From: Malacoraja senta
Taxonomy: Eukaryota
Direction: 5' to 3'
NCBI GenBank assembly: GCA_038087875.1
Contig: CM075990.1
Span: 16,680,001 to 16,744,000, forward strand
Length of the DNA: 64,000 nt
Shown here: positions 35,418 through 50,889 of the stretch, one piece after another
Layout: every line of letters begins with the position of its first letter
Position numbering within the stretch: the first letter of the stretch is position 1
Translations under genes and position numbers: made by a program
Notes under the pieces: model-generated
Databases searched by the model: none
Seen by the model: the letters and a program-made list of their open reading frames with translations, nothing else
Told to the model about the DNA's origin: nothing

Positions 35418-36618
35418 TGGTAATTTTCAATTTTATTTGCCAAAGCAACAATAGTTAAAATGGCCTCAAATCCTCCTCTTCCACAACATCACTGCCTTCA
35501 AGGTAAAGACCAATTTAAACATGACTCCAACTAAGCACCTGAGTAAAGGATTGTATCTTGAAGAAGGTTCCTGACCCCAAACATTGTCTTTCCACTTCCT
35601 CCAGAGATGCTGCCTGACCCCACTGAGTTACTGCAGCACTTTGTGTTACGGCTTATCCCCATGGTTACCCCGGGTTTTACCCCCATCAGAGACACACACC
35701 GCTCCTCTCCCCATCTCACTTAACAAACTTCTTTTGTCTCCTGAAGTGTCATGAACATGAAACATTAACTACGCTTCTCTTCCCACAGATGCAGCCTGAC
35801 CGGCTGAGCATTTCCAGCATTTTCTGTTTATATTTTAGATTTCCAACAGTTGCAATATTTTTGAGATACACTAGATTGTACTCTATACTTTTAAGGCAGT
35901 GAAATATTCATTTCCCACTTGACAGAAACACCCGGCAGGTCAGGCAGCATCTATGGAGAGAGAAACAGTGTTAATGCTCAGGTTGTTAACCTATCTATGA
36001 TTTCTCTACTTGTTCGAACATGACCGAAGGTAGATACAAAATGCAGGCGTCACTCAGCAGGTCCAGCAGCAACTCTGGAGAGAAGATCTCCAGCATTTTG
36101 TGTCTTTCTGGAAGGCTTGGTTGTTGTGCCGAACAAAGTCTGGACCTACAATGTGATGTTAAGAACAATTTATTATAGATGCCGGCAAGTGAGGACGTAG
36201 GTACATTGAGGACTCCTCTTCCTCTTGGACATCCAGTGCTGGCCTTCTTCAAACGCTCCTCTCCATCTTGGACACTCCCTACAAGCCTTCTACTCTCTCT
36301 CTCTCAGCCATTTCATTCCCCTCCGCCATCACGGCATTGATCCTTAAAGGGTCTACTAGGGGCAAAACTCGCTTTAGCTAATGAACCTAGCAGCATGTCT
36401 TTGGGATGTGGGAGAAAACCAGAACATGCAGACAAAACCCACGCAGTCCCAGAGAGAACACGCAAGGTCCTCATAGTCCATAAAAACAAAGTGCTGGAGA
36501 AACACATTATCTGTGGAGAGAAATGGACAGACAATGTTACAGTTTGGACAGGTTTTCTGGTTCCCTCCACAGATGAGTTGGATCTCCATCTTTGGAGCGC
36601 AGGATGATGAGGAATGAT

Positions 36619-36818
36619 NNNNNNNNNNNNNNNNNNNNNNNNNNNNNNNNNNNNNNNNNNNNNNNNNNNNNNNNNNNNNNNNNNNNNNNNNNNNNNNNNN
36701 NNNNNNNNNNNNNNNNNNNNNNNNNNNNNNNNNNNNNNNNNNNNNNNNNNNNNNNNNNNNNNNNNNNNNNNNNNNNNNNNNNNNNNNNNNNNNNNNNNNN
36801 NNNNNNNNNNNNNNNNNN
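36619..36818. other. Assembly gap (200 N)
   Basis: Run of exactly 200 N. Confidence 1.
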
Positions 36819-37156
36819 GAGTAGGCCATTCAGCCCTTCGAGCCAGCACCGCCATTCAATGTGATCATGGCTGATCATCCACAATCAGTACCCCGTTCCT
36901 GCCTTCTCCCCATATCCCCTGACTCCGCTATCTCTAAGAGCCCTATCTAGCTCTCTCTCGAAAGTATCCATAGAACCGGCCTCCACCGCCCTCTGAGGCA
37001 GAGAATTCCACAGACTCACCACTCTCTGTGAGAAAAAGTGTTTCCTCGTCTCCGTTCTATATGGCTTACCCCTTATTCTTAAACTGTGGCCCCTGGTTCT
37101 GGACTCCCCCAACATGTTTCCTGCCTCTAGCGTGTCCAAGCCCTTAATAATCTTAC
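36819..37156 (-). mobile_element. CR1 LINE 3' fragment
   Basis: ORF 36885-37139 SRTRGHSLRIRGKP...LWNSLPQRAVEA. Confidence 0.9.
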
Positions 37157-38389
37157 ATCTTTAGCCAGACGGTGGTGAATCTGTGGAATTCATTGCCAGA
37201 AAGCCAAGTTATTGGCTAGTTTTGCAGCGGAGGTTGACAGGTTCTTGATTCGTAAGGATGCCAAAGGTTATGGGGAGAAGGCAGGAGAATGGGGTTGAGA
37301 GGGGAAGGATAGAACAGCCGTCACTGATTAGCGGAGCAGACTTGATGGGCCGAATGGCCAAACCACACAAGTGAAGCAGCTACACTTTTACACACTCCGA
37401 CACTGTCACAGTCTTCGTGCACACTTTCTATTTCAGCCATTCATTAGTCCAGGTTTGTGTTTAATCCAATATTTCATTGCGCAAATCTCATTAAATTTCA
37501 TTTGCAACACAGGGCATTTGCACTGAAACAGTTTACAAAGTGCACAGCATCTGCCCGTTCAGAGCAGAGAGAGCCTATTAGCCGGAAAAGGGGGCAGTCA
37601 TTCACATAAATGCACCCACACAGGACCCATGCTGTTCAGTGGCAGCCCTGCCTCCCTCTGTATGAAGTGGCATCCGTGTTATTTAATGAGGCTCTATTTC
37701 AAGAGTCGCAGTACAGCATCCAATGAATCACCTGATGACATAATCCTGGCGTCAGTCAGCTGCCCTGTGAAAACGGATGCAGGTCGCTGGAATGTTCCAG
37801 TGTTTGTGTGCAGTATGCAGCATGAAGGCACATCCGCCCCTAACCCGGAGGCTTTGTCACACCCGTCTAATTCATGGCTCTGAGCAGAGATAATATCCGT
37901 GAATCAGCGAATTCTGGACGCAGCCCAGGCCATCACACAAACCAACCTCATCAGCGGAAGAAGGGTCTCGACCCGAAACGTCACCCATTTCTTCTCTCCG
38001 GAGATGCTGCCTGGCCCACATTTTGTGTCTGTCTCCCTTCCATTGACTCCGTTTATACCTCTCGCTGCCTCGGCATGGCCAGCAACATAATCAAGGACCC
38101 TGGCCACTCCCTCTTCTCCCTTCTCCCATTTAGAATTACAGAATTGTACCACACAGAAATGGACCCTTGGCCCACCACATCCAGTCTTGATGCCCAACCA
38201 TCCCAATCCCATTTGCGCTCATTAGAACCATATCTGTTTATGTGTCCAAATACCTTTTAAACCTTGGAACTGCACCTGCCTCGAACACCTCCAGGTATCA
38301 TCCACTCTCTGGTGGAGTGCTTGGAGGTTGAAGGTGAAGATGATAAAACTTCCAGGGATACGTTCAGGGTGGAACTGTGGCTCAGCGGC

Positions 38390-38994
38390 AGAGTCCTAGA
38401 GTGATACAGTGTAGAAACAGGCCCTTCCGCCCAACTCGCCCGCACCGGCCAACATGTCCCAGCTACACTAGTCCCACCTGCCTGCGCTTGGTCCATATCC
38501 CTCCAAACCTGCCCTATCCATGTACCTGTCTAACTGTTTCTTAAACGTTGGGATTGTCCCAGCCTCAACTATCTCCTCTGGCAGCTTGTTCCATACACCC
38601 ACCAGCCTTTGTGTGAAAAAGTTACCCCTCACATTCCTATTAAATCTTTTCTCCTTCACCTTGAACCTATGTCCTCTGGTCCTCGATTCCCCTACTCTGG
38701 GCAAGGGATTATGTGCATCTCCCGATCTATTCCTCTCATGATTTTATACACCTCTATAAGATCACCCCTCTTCCTTCTGCGCTCCAAGGAATAGAGACCC
38801 AGCCTGCTCAACCTCTCCCTATAGCTCATACCCTCTAGTCCTGGCAACATCCTCGTAAATCTTCTCTGAACCATTTCAAGCTTGACAACATCTTTCCTAT
38901 AACATGGTGCCCAGAACTGAACACAATACTCTAAATGCGGTCTCACCAACGTCTTATACAACTGCAACATGACCTCCCAACTTCTATGCTCAAT
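38390..38994 (-). mobile_element. CR1 (HER1-like) LINE 3' fragment
   Basis: MLQLYKTLVRPHLEYCVQFWAPCYRKDVVKLE..RGDLIEVYKIMRGIDR; SRTRGHRFK...VWNKLPEEIVEA; 3' tail shared with the V-SINE. Confidence 0.92.
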
Positions 38995-39739
38995 AGTTGC
39001 TGCCTTACAGCGCCAGGGACCAGTGCTCGATCCTGACTACACATACTGTCTGTACGTTCTCCCCGTGACTGCCTGGAATTTCTCCTAGATCTCCAGTTTC
39101 CTCCCACACTCCAAAGACGTACAGGTTTGTAGGTTAATTGGCTTGGTATGAATGTAAATTGTCCCTAGCGTGTGTAGGATAGCGTGATTGCTCGGGGATC
39201 GCTGGTCGGCGTGGACTCAGTACTCACACTAGATACTCACACATTAGTACTCACACTAAATGTCCTCAAGCCAGTTCTGCCTACCACAAACAATGTTCAA
39301 AAGCCTTCAAAACCCAATGTATTCAATAAAAATCCATGCATTTATTGAATAAATATGATTCATTTTCCCAGGGACAGAACATGAAAGAATAAAGACTGAC
39401 AGGGCTTTTCATATCTGTTTTAGAACATCCAAAAGCAATTTGTAGTTAGTGATGTACATCACTAGTTTAGAGATACACTATCATGTGTCCCTCTGAACTA
39501 GGTACAGGAAGAAACAAGCCCTTCGGCCCACCGGGTCTATGCCCACCCATTCACACCAGTTTCTATGTTCTCGTCCACTCCCTACACACGAGTGATAATT
39601 TACAGAGGAGAATTAACCTACAAACCTGAACAGCCTTGGGACAGAAACCAACACAGTCAGAGAGAACATGCAAACTCCACACAGAAAGCACCCAAAATTA
39701 GTATCGAACCTGAGTCTCTGACGCTGCAAGGCAGTACCT

Positions 39740-40770
39740 TTAGACCAGACAATTTACAATTTAAAGAAGCCAATTAACCTACAAACCTGTACGTCTGTGG
39801 AGTGTGGGAGGCAACCGGAGCACCCAGGGAAAACCCACGCAGATCACGGGGAGAACGTAAAACTCCGCACAGACAGCACCCGTAGTTGGGATCGAACCGG
39901 GGTCTCTGTCACTGTGAGGCAGCAGCCTTACCGCTGCGCCACCGTGCCATTACCAGAAAGGTGAAGGGATGCTTTCAGTCTGTATTGGAGGGTGAGGCGG
40001 ATGCTCGGCAGCCGTATATTCAACCTTTATTGTCAATACAGGTTTACCTTCCTTGGATAAGCCACGTGATCCAGTGCCAAGAACCAACGTGCCAGAGGAA
40101 GTAGTTGAAGCTGATGCAATAAAAACATTTCAAAAACTTTGGACAGGTACGGCACGGTGGCGCAGCAGTGGAGTTAGAAACATAGAAACATAGAAAATAG
40201 GTGTAGGGGGAGGCCATTCGGCCCTTCGAGCCAGCACCGCCATTCATTGCGATCATGGCTGATCATCCCCAATCAATAACCCGTGCCTGCCTTCTCCCCA
40301 TATCCCTTGATTCCACTAGCCCCTAGAGCTCTATCTAACTCTCTCTTAAATCCATCCAGTGACTTGGCCTAGAGCTCTATCTAACTCTCTCTTAAATCCA
40401 TCCAGTGACTTGGCCTCCACTGCCCTCTGTGGCAGGGAATTCCACAAATTCACAACTCTCTGGGTGAAAACGTTTTTTCTCACCTCAGTCTTAAATGGCC
40501 TAACAGCACCAGAGGCCCGATCCTGACTACGGGTGCTGTCTGTACGGAGTTTGCACGTTCTCCCCGTGACCTGCGTGGGTTTTCTCCAAGATCTTCGGTT
40601 GCCTCCCACACTCCAAAGATGTACAGGTTTGTTGGTTAATTGGCTTGGTTAAAATGTAAATTGTCCCTAGTGTGTGTAGGATAGTGTTAGTGTGCGGGGA
40701 GATTGCTTGTTGGTGTGGACTTGGTGGGCTGAAGGACCTGTTTCCGCACTGTGTCTCTAAAACTAATAGA
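39740..40770. mobile_element. V-SINE (minus, about 39740-39948) and V-SINE (plus, about 40150-40765) interrupted by a CR1 3' end (minus, about 40176-40500)
   Basis: SINE motifs; CR1 with (TTCTATGT)n tail; 46-bp tandem duplication at about 40322-40413. Confidence 0.75.
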
Positions 40771-41349
40771 TTAAAAGGTAGACGGAAAGCAAAGGTTTAG
40801 AGGAATACGGGCCAAACGGGACTAGCTACAATGAGCATCTTGGTTAACATGCACAGTTGGGGCAAAGAGGCCTGTTTCTATGCTGAATGGTCCTTTGACT
40901 CAATACTGTGTGACATCAGAGGGCCAGAACCATACAGACATCTGGAACTAGAGATACAGAGCAGGGAACAGTCCCATCACCCAAGCTCAGTTCCATCATG
41001 CAACAACCTGCTGTGCCTGGTTAAATGAGCAGTATTTTGACCAAGAAGGAGACTGCATAATATAATTCGTGCTGGGATTTTAATAGCATTCTGTTGGCAA
41101 AACCACTTTCTGCCTTGGAGGCAAAGCTCTCCCAAGGTACAAGCAGCTACACAGACACTCACACTCCGCAGAGTCGCCAGCTTGCAAAACATTGCACGTT
41201 TGAGCTCTGTTTAAAGAAGATCGGGCGGCACGGTGGCGCAGCGGTAAAGTTGCCGCCTCACAGCGCCAAAGACCCGGGTTCAATCCTGACAAGCGTAGAT
41301 GGAGAGCCTTGGTCGGCATGGGCAAGTTGGGCCGAAGGGCCTGATTTCC

Positions 41350-42828
<1,479 letters not shown>

Positions 42829-45800
42829 CCAGCACTCTGCGCTATCCCAGTTACATAAGGCAGGGTGGATGCTGCGTGGCTGTGTGGATGGGAAGCAGGT
42901 TAGTGGTGCTGCATTGCACTACTTTCCAAGGCAGGAGGGAGCACAGCTGTGTCCTTGTCCTGCACCGCGGTTCGCAGCGCTCCTGTCAAAGGGAACACAT
43001 GGACAATTGGGTAACGTCACACAATGCAAGCTCGATACCCAGCTGCTGATCTCTGGTGCCTGCGTGGAGACAACAGCAGCAATCAATTATCCTCTCTTCC
43101 AGCAATCAATATGAGGTAGAATTAAAATTCATTCCCTCCTGCGTCTGCCCGTCACTTGCTTCACATCCACGCTTTATTGCTTAATTGTAAAACCATCTTC
43201 TCACACAGTTTAACGTTACCACAACCATGCAGAGAAATAGGGACACACGAGTCCTCCACACTGTCCTTGACTTAAACAATTCCCTTTCTCTTAGCCCAGC
43301 ACCTTGCATTTCAAAACTTTATCTTCCATTCTCTTAACAATAGTTTCTAGCAGCAGGGCGTGTAATCCTCACAACCACACTTTATTAATTACCTTCCAAC
43401 CTCCAAGTGCTTTGAGACTGACTTAGCCACATCTACATTTTTATTGTGTCAGAAGGAACTGCAGATGCAGGTTTACACCGAAGATAGATGCAAAATGCTG
43501 GAGTTACTCAACCGATCAAGCAGCATCTCTGGAGAAAAGGAGGTGATGAGGAATTTCTTTAGTCAGATGGTGGTGAATCTGTGGAATTATTTACCAAGGA
43601 AGGCTGTGGAGGCCAGGTCAATGGATATTTTTAAGGCAGAGATAGATAGATTCTTGATTAGAACGGATGTCAGGGGTTATGGGGAGAAGGCAGGAGAACG
43701 GGGTTGAGAGGGAAAGATAGATCACCGAAGATTGAGCATTGAGCCTGGCCGAACATTTGAAACATAGATGATGGCCATGAAAGAAGAATTGAATGGCGGA
43801 GTGGACGATGGGGCGAATAGTCTAATTCTGCTCCTGTCACTTATGTACAGGAATAGGTGACGTTTGGGTCAAGGCCCTTCTTCAGACTCCTGAAACATCT
43901 CCTATTATTTTTCTCCACATATGCTGCCTGTCCCGCTAAGTTATTCCAGCATTTTGTGTCTACATTTGTATTATTTTCTTCACTGATTTCAAATGCTCTG
44001 TCCATCACAACAACATGAGATAGCAGGAGAGACCACTCAGCCTCTCAAACCTGCCCTGCCTTTCATTATGGTGGTGGCCAATATGCCCCAGGCCTCAGCT
44101 CTTTACTAGTTACCCACAACAACACCCTTTCAAAGATGAATCGACCTCCACTTTAAATATCTCTTATGAGCTGGTCTTCACACCCCATAGGAGCAGAGAT
44201 CTCCAGAGGTTGATCAGTCTCCGGGTCTCAGTTTTAAATGACTGGTCCATCTAATCTTGTAACTATTTCCGAAGATAGACACAAAAAGTTGGAGTAACTC
44301 AGCGGGTCAGACAGCATCTCCGGAGAAAAGGAATGGATGACGTTTCGGGTCAAAACTAATCTGCAGTTACTTCTTACACACATTGTAATGATGTCCCCTC
44401 ATTGGGGGCAGCCGACAGGTGAAGAACATCTTAACATCTGCCCTGTCAACCCCTCACAGGATCTCATATGTTTCAAGCCTCCGATATCCCTGCGTTCCTC
44501 CAAATGCCAGAGACCCAGGCTGAATCCTGACTATGGGTGCTATCTGCGTAGGGTTTGTATCTTTTTCTGTGTTCTCTGGGTGCTCCGATTTCCTCCCACA
44601 TTGCCAAGGCGTGCGGGTTTGTGGGTTAATTGGCATCTGTAAGATAGAACCAGTGTACAGGTGATCGCTGGTTGGCGTGGACTTGATGGGCCGAAGGGCC
44701 TGTTTCCATGCTGTACCTCTAAAACTAATCTGAACTAATTCGGACTTCCCGATCACCTCCAGATTTGATGATCGGATCCTTGACACCTGCGCCATCAATG
44801 GTAATCCTAACCTTTCACGAACCCTGTGCCCATCCCTCCTGCATCGTTCCTCTATGCCCAGCTCCCCGTCTAAGCTTTCAGTTGCATGCATTCACATCTC
44901 TTTACGTCAGCCTGACCGCTTTGTTCAGCGAAGTCCCCCGAACCACCTTGGGACGGTTTGCAACGTCAAAGATGAGCATAAAAGGCCTTGGATAAAGTGA
45001 ACGCTCACAGTCTTTTTTCCCAGGATAGAGGATACTAAAACTAGAGGGCACAGGCTTATAGCGAGAGGGAGAGATTTAAGAGGAACCTCAGGCAACAGTT
45101 TTCGCTCAGAGGGTAGTCCGTACCTGGAACGAGGTGCCTGAGGAACCTATAGAGGTAGATACATTTATGACTTTTATGACTATTGGACAGATATATGGAT
45201 AGGAGAAGTTTAGAGGGATATGGGCCAATGGAGGCAAATGGGACTAGCCCAGTAGCTAACTTGGTCAGCATGGACAAGGTGGGCTGAAGGGCCTGTTTCA
45301 GTGCTGTACAACTCTACGACCCATAGCAAGAACCAGCACAAGACCAAAACTAGGGTGTAAGACATACTAAAGTGTAAAGTACTTGTCCTCTGGAACAAAG
45401 AACAGTCCAGCACAAGAACAGGCCCTTCGGCCCACAAATTCTGAGCCGAACTTGATGCCAAGACCAACACATCTTGCCAGCACATAATCCATATCCCTCC
45501 ATTCCCTGCATATTCATGTGATCTGTCTCTACTGTGTTATACAGTTACTTAAGTTGTAGACAGCGAAGAGGACTATGTAAAACAAGACAGAATGCAACTA
45601 GGAAGACAGCAAGAAAAATAGGCATAAAATGCTGGAGCAACTCAGTGGGCCAGGCGGCATCTCTGGAGAAAAGGAATAGGTGGCGTTTTGGGTCGAGACC
45701 CTTCTTCAGACTAGGTAAGACAGGTAATTGAAAACTTTAACATTGACGTGGGTTTCAACGAGCAACTGGGAGGAGGAAACGTGGAGAGACCTGGAGAGGA

Positions 45801-45879
45801 AACTTTCCAAGCTGAAGAATTTAACAGCTGGAGGTGAGGCCAGCAAATAGGCAATGACAAACATCAGAATGGTAGACAA

Positions 45880-46220
45880 AAAGTGTAGGAAGGAACTGCA
45901 GATGCTGGTTTAAACCGAAAATAGACATAAAATGGTGGAGTAACTCAGCGGGACATGCAGCATCTCCAGGGAGAAGGTAGACAAAAGTGCTGGAGAAACT
46001 CAGCGGGTGCAGCAGCATCTATGGAGCAAAGGAAATAGGCAACGTTTCGTCCCGAAACGTTGCCTATTTCCTTCGCTCCATAGATGCTGCTGCACCCGCT
46101 GAGTTTCTCCAGCACTTTTGCCTACCTTCGATTTTCCAGCATCTGCAGTTCCTTCTTAAACGCTTTGTCTGCTCCAGGGAGAAGGAATGGATGACGTTTT
46201 CGTGTCGACACCCTTCTTCG
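45880..46220. mobile_element. Nested Penelope-like pLTRs: an inverted pair inside another pLTR
   Basis: CTCCAGGGAGAAGG appears on both sides (about 45965-45978 and 46172-46185) of a palindromic pLTR pair. Confidence 0.7.
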
Positions 46221-47728
46221 AATTGCAGTACTGTAAATATATCTCTGATGGCTCCAAGTCTCCAGAAGGAGAGACCACGAGGGGGGTTGAAATTGGGCAA
46301 CCTAAAAAACGATGGGGAAAATATCAAGAGTAATAATCCATAATGAGGTTCAGCAGCGAACGGAGTCAGTGAAGGATTGTTGGGATCAATCAATCAATCA
46401 GATTTATTCATCACATACACAATGAAGGTGCAGTGATATGAATTTGCCAGCAGCGGTACAATCAAAAACGAACACACAATACACAATAAAAATGTAACAT
46501 AAACGTCCACCACAGCAATCTTCACTGTGGTGGAAGGCACAAAGTACAGTCAGTCCTCCTTCATTCTCCCCCCCCCGTGGTCGGGGCCATAAACCTCCGC
46601 AGTCGCCAGATGTACAGGCCTTCTCTTCTGGAAGGTAAGTCCCGAATCAGAGTGTTCTCTTCGTGCAGATATGAGGCTTGAAATACAGCCCAATAAATCC
46701 ACTATTGTAAACAGAACTGACAGCAAAGAAAATGAGGACACTTCAACCGACACAGTAGAGAATCGGAAAAAGCAGTTAATTCAGAAGAAATGCAAAGACT
46801 CAAGAAGGGATTTTGATACCAAATATTTTCCTTCCCCGAACCTGGTACACAATCGTTCTCCTGGCCCTTTGTGATAATTGATGCCTGAAAAAATGATGCC
46901 TTGTGCAAATCACATTCTTAAACCAGTCATCGACAAGGGCAGCTAACCTCAAATTATGGGTAGACTGAGACACACTGAAGGACACAGAAAGACAGAGAGA
47001 GGGAAAGAGAAAGGGGGGAGAGAGAGCGAGAGGGGAGTGGGAACGAGGGGGTAAGAAAGAAAGAGGGAAAGCCAGAGAGAAAGAGAGTAGAAAATAGAAA
47101 GCGAGAGAGAGAGAGAGAGAGAGAGAGATAGAAAGAAAGTGAGAGTGAAAGACTGACCCCCCCCCCTTCTAGTGCCCCACCTGCACCCATTTCTCCCCTC
47201 CCCCTCCCGCCTACATTCCTTCCTCTGGCTTCACAACTCTTCTATCCTTATCTCACACCTTTAGTCTCCTCTTTAGTCTGTACAAGTCTCCTTTCACCAT
47301 CATTCATCCAATCCAGATTCAGAAGCATTATGTTGCCGCATTGGTAAATTCAGAGCTCTGAATGAATAAGAGAGAGACCTGTTTCATTGTCATCAAGATA
47401 GCTGGGGAATATAACTGATGTTAATTAAACCTGGAATAATTCACTAATATCAAGAATGCTAACCACTGAAATGAAGGACTGTTGTAAACTTATATCCACT
47501 GTGATCTGTTTCAGTGAAGGTACCCTGTTGCTGCGTTTCCTTGTCTGGCCAACATGTGATCTTAACTCACATGTGTCTTCTAAACCAATCCAAGAAATAG
47601 CCCAGTATTTCCTACCGCCTCTCCATCCCACCCTCTCCCAGTTCAAGGAATATTGGGAAAGGGCAGCATCCCCCAATCTTGTCACAGACACCCTTGTGTC
47701 AACAGTGAATTGCCGGCTGCGACAGTGT

Positions 47729-48035
47729 GAGCCTCGGTGGCAGCAGGAGCCTTGGCGGTGGCAGCAGGAGCCTCGGCGGTAGCAGCAGGAGCCTCGGCAG
47801 CAGCAGCTGGAGCCTCGGCTGCAGCAGGAGCCTTGGCGGGAGCAGCAGGAGCCTCGGCAGTAGCAGCAGGAGCCTCGGCAGCAGCAGCTGGAGCCTTGGC
47901 TGCAGCAGAAGCCTTAGCGGCAGCAGCAGGAGCCTTGGCGGCAGCAGCAGGAGCCTTGGCGGCAGCAGCAGGAGCCTCGGCAGCAGCAACATGGCCCTCG
48001 GCGGCAATGGGAGCCTCGGTGGCGGTGGGGCCTCG
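47729..48035. repeat. GC-rich minisatellite, 18/21-bp unit GAGCC(T/C)(C/T)GGCGGCAGCAGCAG
   Basis: About 14 tandem units; unit lengths are multiples of 3, giving low-complexity ORFs in several frames. Confidence 0.9.
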
Positions 48036-48168
48036 CGGTCGATGAGAGTTGGGGGACCGCTGTGAAACCGCTGTGAAAAGACCCGAAACGTCACCTATTC
48101 CTTCGCTCTATAGATGCTGCCTCACCTGCTGAGTTTCTCCAGCATTTTTGTCTACCTTTGGTTTGTAA

Positions 48169-48457
48169 AGGGGCTGTCCCACTGTACGAGCTAATTCAAG
48201 AGTTCTCCCGAGTTTCCCCTGATTCGAACTCGGAGAATTACGGTAATAGCCGCTCGTAGGTACTCGGGGCTCTCGTGGACATTTTTCAACATGTTGAAAA
48301 ATCTTCCCGAGTACCTGCCGTTAGCGTTGCGAGCCGCTAAGAGACGTCCCCGAGCTCCGACGTACCCGCTACGTACATTCTACGTGCTTACCACGAGTTT
48401 GTTTGTTTTTTAACTCGGGAGAGCTCTTGAATTAGCTCGTACAGTGGGACAGGCCCT
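48169..48457. mobile_element. PIF/Harbinger-type MITE (same family as 9225-9529, opposite orientation)
   Basis: TIR AGGGGCTGTCCCACTGTACGAGCTAATTCAAGAG / CTCTTGAATTAGCTCGTACAGTGGGACAGGCCCT; TAA TSD. Confidence 0.85.
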
Positions 48458-48595
48458 TAAGTAACATCTTTTATTGCCAAAATGTTTTAATAGATACAAT
48501 TATCAATCAATATAGAGCAAGATTGTTTCATCATTTTTACACAAAGACTTTCCTTGTGTAACAAATCCCAGTTAATGTTGCCGCATGGGATCTAA

Positions 48596-48926
48596 TAGCC
48601 CTGTCCCATGGTACGAGTTCATTCCAAGAGCTCTCCTGAGTTTAAAAAAAAATCAAACTCGTGGTAAGCACGGAGAATGAACGTAGCGGGTACGTCGGAG
48701 CTCGGGGACGTCTCTTAGTGGCTCGTAATGCTAACGGCAGGTACTCGGGAAGACTCGCTAATGGCAGGTAAGCACGGGAAGACTCGTGAAGATTTTCCAA
48801 CGTGTTGAAAAATGTCCACGAGAGCCCCGAGTACCGACGAGTGGCCATTACCGTAAATCTCCGAGTTCGAATCAGGGCAAACGCGGGAGAGCTCTTGGAA
48901 TGAACTTGTACCGTGGGACAGGGCTT
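48596..48926. mobile_element. PIF/Harbinger-type MITE
   Basis: TIR TAGCCCTGTCCCATGGTACGAGTTCATTCCAAGAGCTCTCC / GGAGAGCTCTTGGAATGAACTTGTACCGTGGGACAGGGCTT; TAA TSD. Confidence 0.85.
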
Positions 48927-49396
48927 TAAGCAAGAGACCATGGACATTTATAGAAGACCTTAGTAAGGTCACCGGGTCCAAAAGACATTCCTACCAGCCG
49001 TCGACAATTCAAGATTAATTTGAAATGGGTTCTGTGCTGTTGGAAGATACAAAATGACAACTCGTCTCCAAGTTTCCAGACATTTTAAGCGCAATTAAGG
49101 GATGTTAATCTATTTTTTGTGCTGTTGGCTGACTATTAATTAGGATTTGTGCAAACGTTTCCTTTTCCCATTGGATTTGAAGATTCTGTGCGAATTGAGT
49201 TTGGAGAGTCTCTGATCGAAACGCCGTGCATTTGACTCACCACAGAAAATAGTCTGAAAGCAACCACGGATTGGTAGTGACAATCAAAGTCAACAGGGTT
49301 GGAACAGTTGGGGCGGGAGTGGCAGGCAATACTCTTCTGGGTGGGGTGAGCCTTGTGGGACATAGAGGTGGGAAGACCACCACCACACCCCACATA

Positions 49397-49642
49397 GGGT
49401 GGCACAGAGGCGCAGCGGTAGAGTTGCTGCCTCACAACGCCACAGACCCGGGTTCGACCCTGACTACAGGTGCTGTCTGTATGGAATTTGTACGTTCTCC
49501 CTGTGACCACGTGGGTTTTCTCCGGGTGCTCAGGTTTCCTCCCTCATTCCTCTAGGATAGTGTTAATATGCGGGGATTGCTGATCGGTGCGGATTCAGTG
49601 GACCGAAGAGACTCCACGCTGTATCTCTAAATTAAACTAACT
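49397..49642 (+). mobile_element. HE1-like V-SINE (internally deleted)
   Basis: Head, V-domain and tail motifs. Confidence 0.75.
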
Positions 49643-49917
49643 ATGCTATTGTCTTTCTGCTGCACGCTCCAATCCTTTCCTATCCATGCATGCAACAAAA
49701 GCTTTTCACTGTACCTCGGTACATGTGACAATAAACTAAACTGAAAAAGTCACAGAGTTCTACAGCATGGAAATGGGCCCCTCAGCATAACTTGTCCATG
49801 GGGACCAAGAGGCCGAACCCAGCGGGTCCAGAACGACTTGCTAAAGTCCATGTTGTCCCACATCTTCTGGTCATCTATGGGGTTTGGAAGATGATGCCCA
49901 TGATGACTTGGCAATTG

Positions 49918-50050
49918 GTCTGAAGAAGGGTCTCGACCCGAAACGTCACCCATTCCTTCTCTCCAGAGATGCTGCCTGTCCCGCTGAGTTACTCCAGCAT
50001 TTTGTGTCTACCTTCGATTCAAATCAGCATCTGCAGTTCTTTCCTACACA
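49918..50050 (+). mobile_element. Penelope-like pLTR with well-preserved hammerhead core (49920-49947)
   Basis: GGT-CTGAAGA-A-GGGT CTCG ACCC-GAAAC-GTC-ACC. Confidence 0.75.
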
Positions 50051-50467
50051 TGACTCGGCAATTGACCGACTGGAATTTTGTGGCCCAGACACACATGGTT
50101 CTCCACCTGGTCCTCAAGAAGGTCAGAGGATAGACAATGAACACTGGGCTTGCCGCTAATACCGAACCACATTACATGTTTTTGTTTTAATAAACTATTT
50201 TACTAGCTTGGAAAATAGAAAGATCTATTGGAAAAGTGGCTTAACTTTGAACATCGTGCAATCTGTTGTCACCAAGATAATCCAGCTCAGTACAGCTAGA
50301 ACGATCCAGGTCAACTATTTTAACATAGAGCAAGATATTCTTTCGCTATAAACTAAATGTTGGAGAAAATCAACAGGTCAAGTAGCTCCCACAGAGGCAA
50401 ATGGGCAAACAACTATTTGTGTTGGGACCCATCTTCTGCAGAGGGGAGAAGACGTGGAGAGGTGGAA

Positions 50468-50889
50468 ACAAGGAACTGCAGATGCTAGTTTATACCAGAG
50501 GTAGACACAAAATGCTGGAGTAACTCAGCGGGACAGGCAGCATCCCTGGAGAGAAGGAGTGGGTGACGTTTTGGGTCGAGATCCTTCTTCAGACCCGAAA
50601 CGTCACCCATCCCAACTCTCCAGAGATGCTGCCTGTCCCGCTGAGTTACTCCAGCTTTTTGTGTCTACCTTCGGTTTAAACCAGCATCAGGGACAATTTA
50701 CAAACGCCAATTAACCTGCAAACCTGTACGTCTTTAGGATGTGGGAGGAAACCGGAGCACCCAGAGAAAACCCACGCGGTCACAGGGAGAACATACAAAC
50801 TCCGTACAGACAGCACCCTTGGTCAGGATCGAACCGGGGTCTCTGGCGCTGTAAGGCAGCAACTCTACCGCTGCACCACCATGCCACCC
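50468..50889. mobile_element. Inverted pLTR pair followed by a minus-strand V-SINE
   Basis: Palindrome about 50470-50688; SINE about 50689-50889. Confidence 0.8.

Noticed and set aside
36313..36884. ORFs spanning X runs
   Set aside because: Artefacts of the 200-N assembly gap; contiguity across the gap is not guaranteed.
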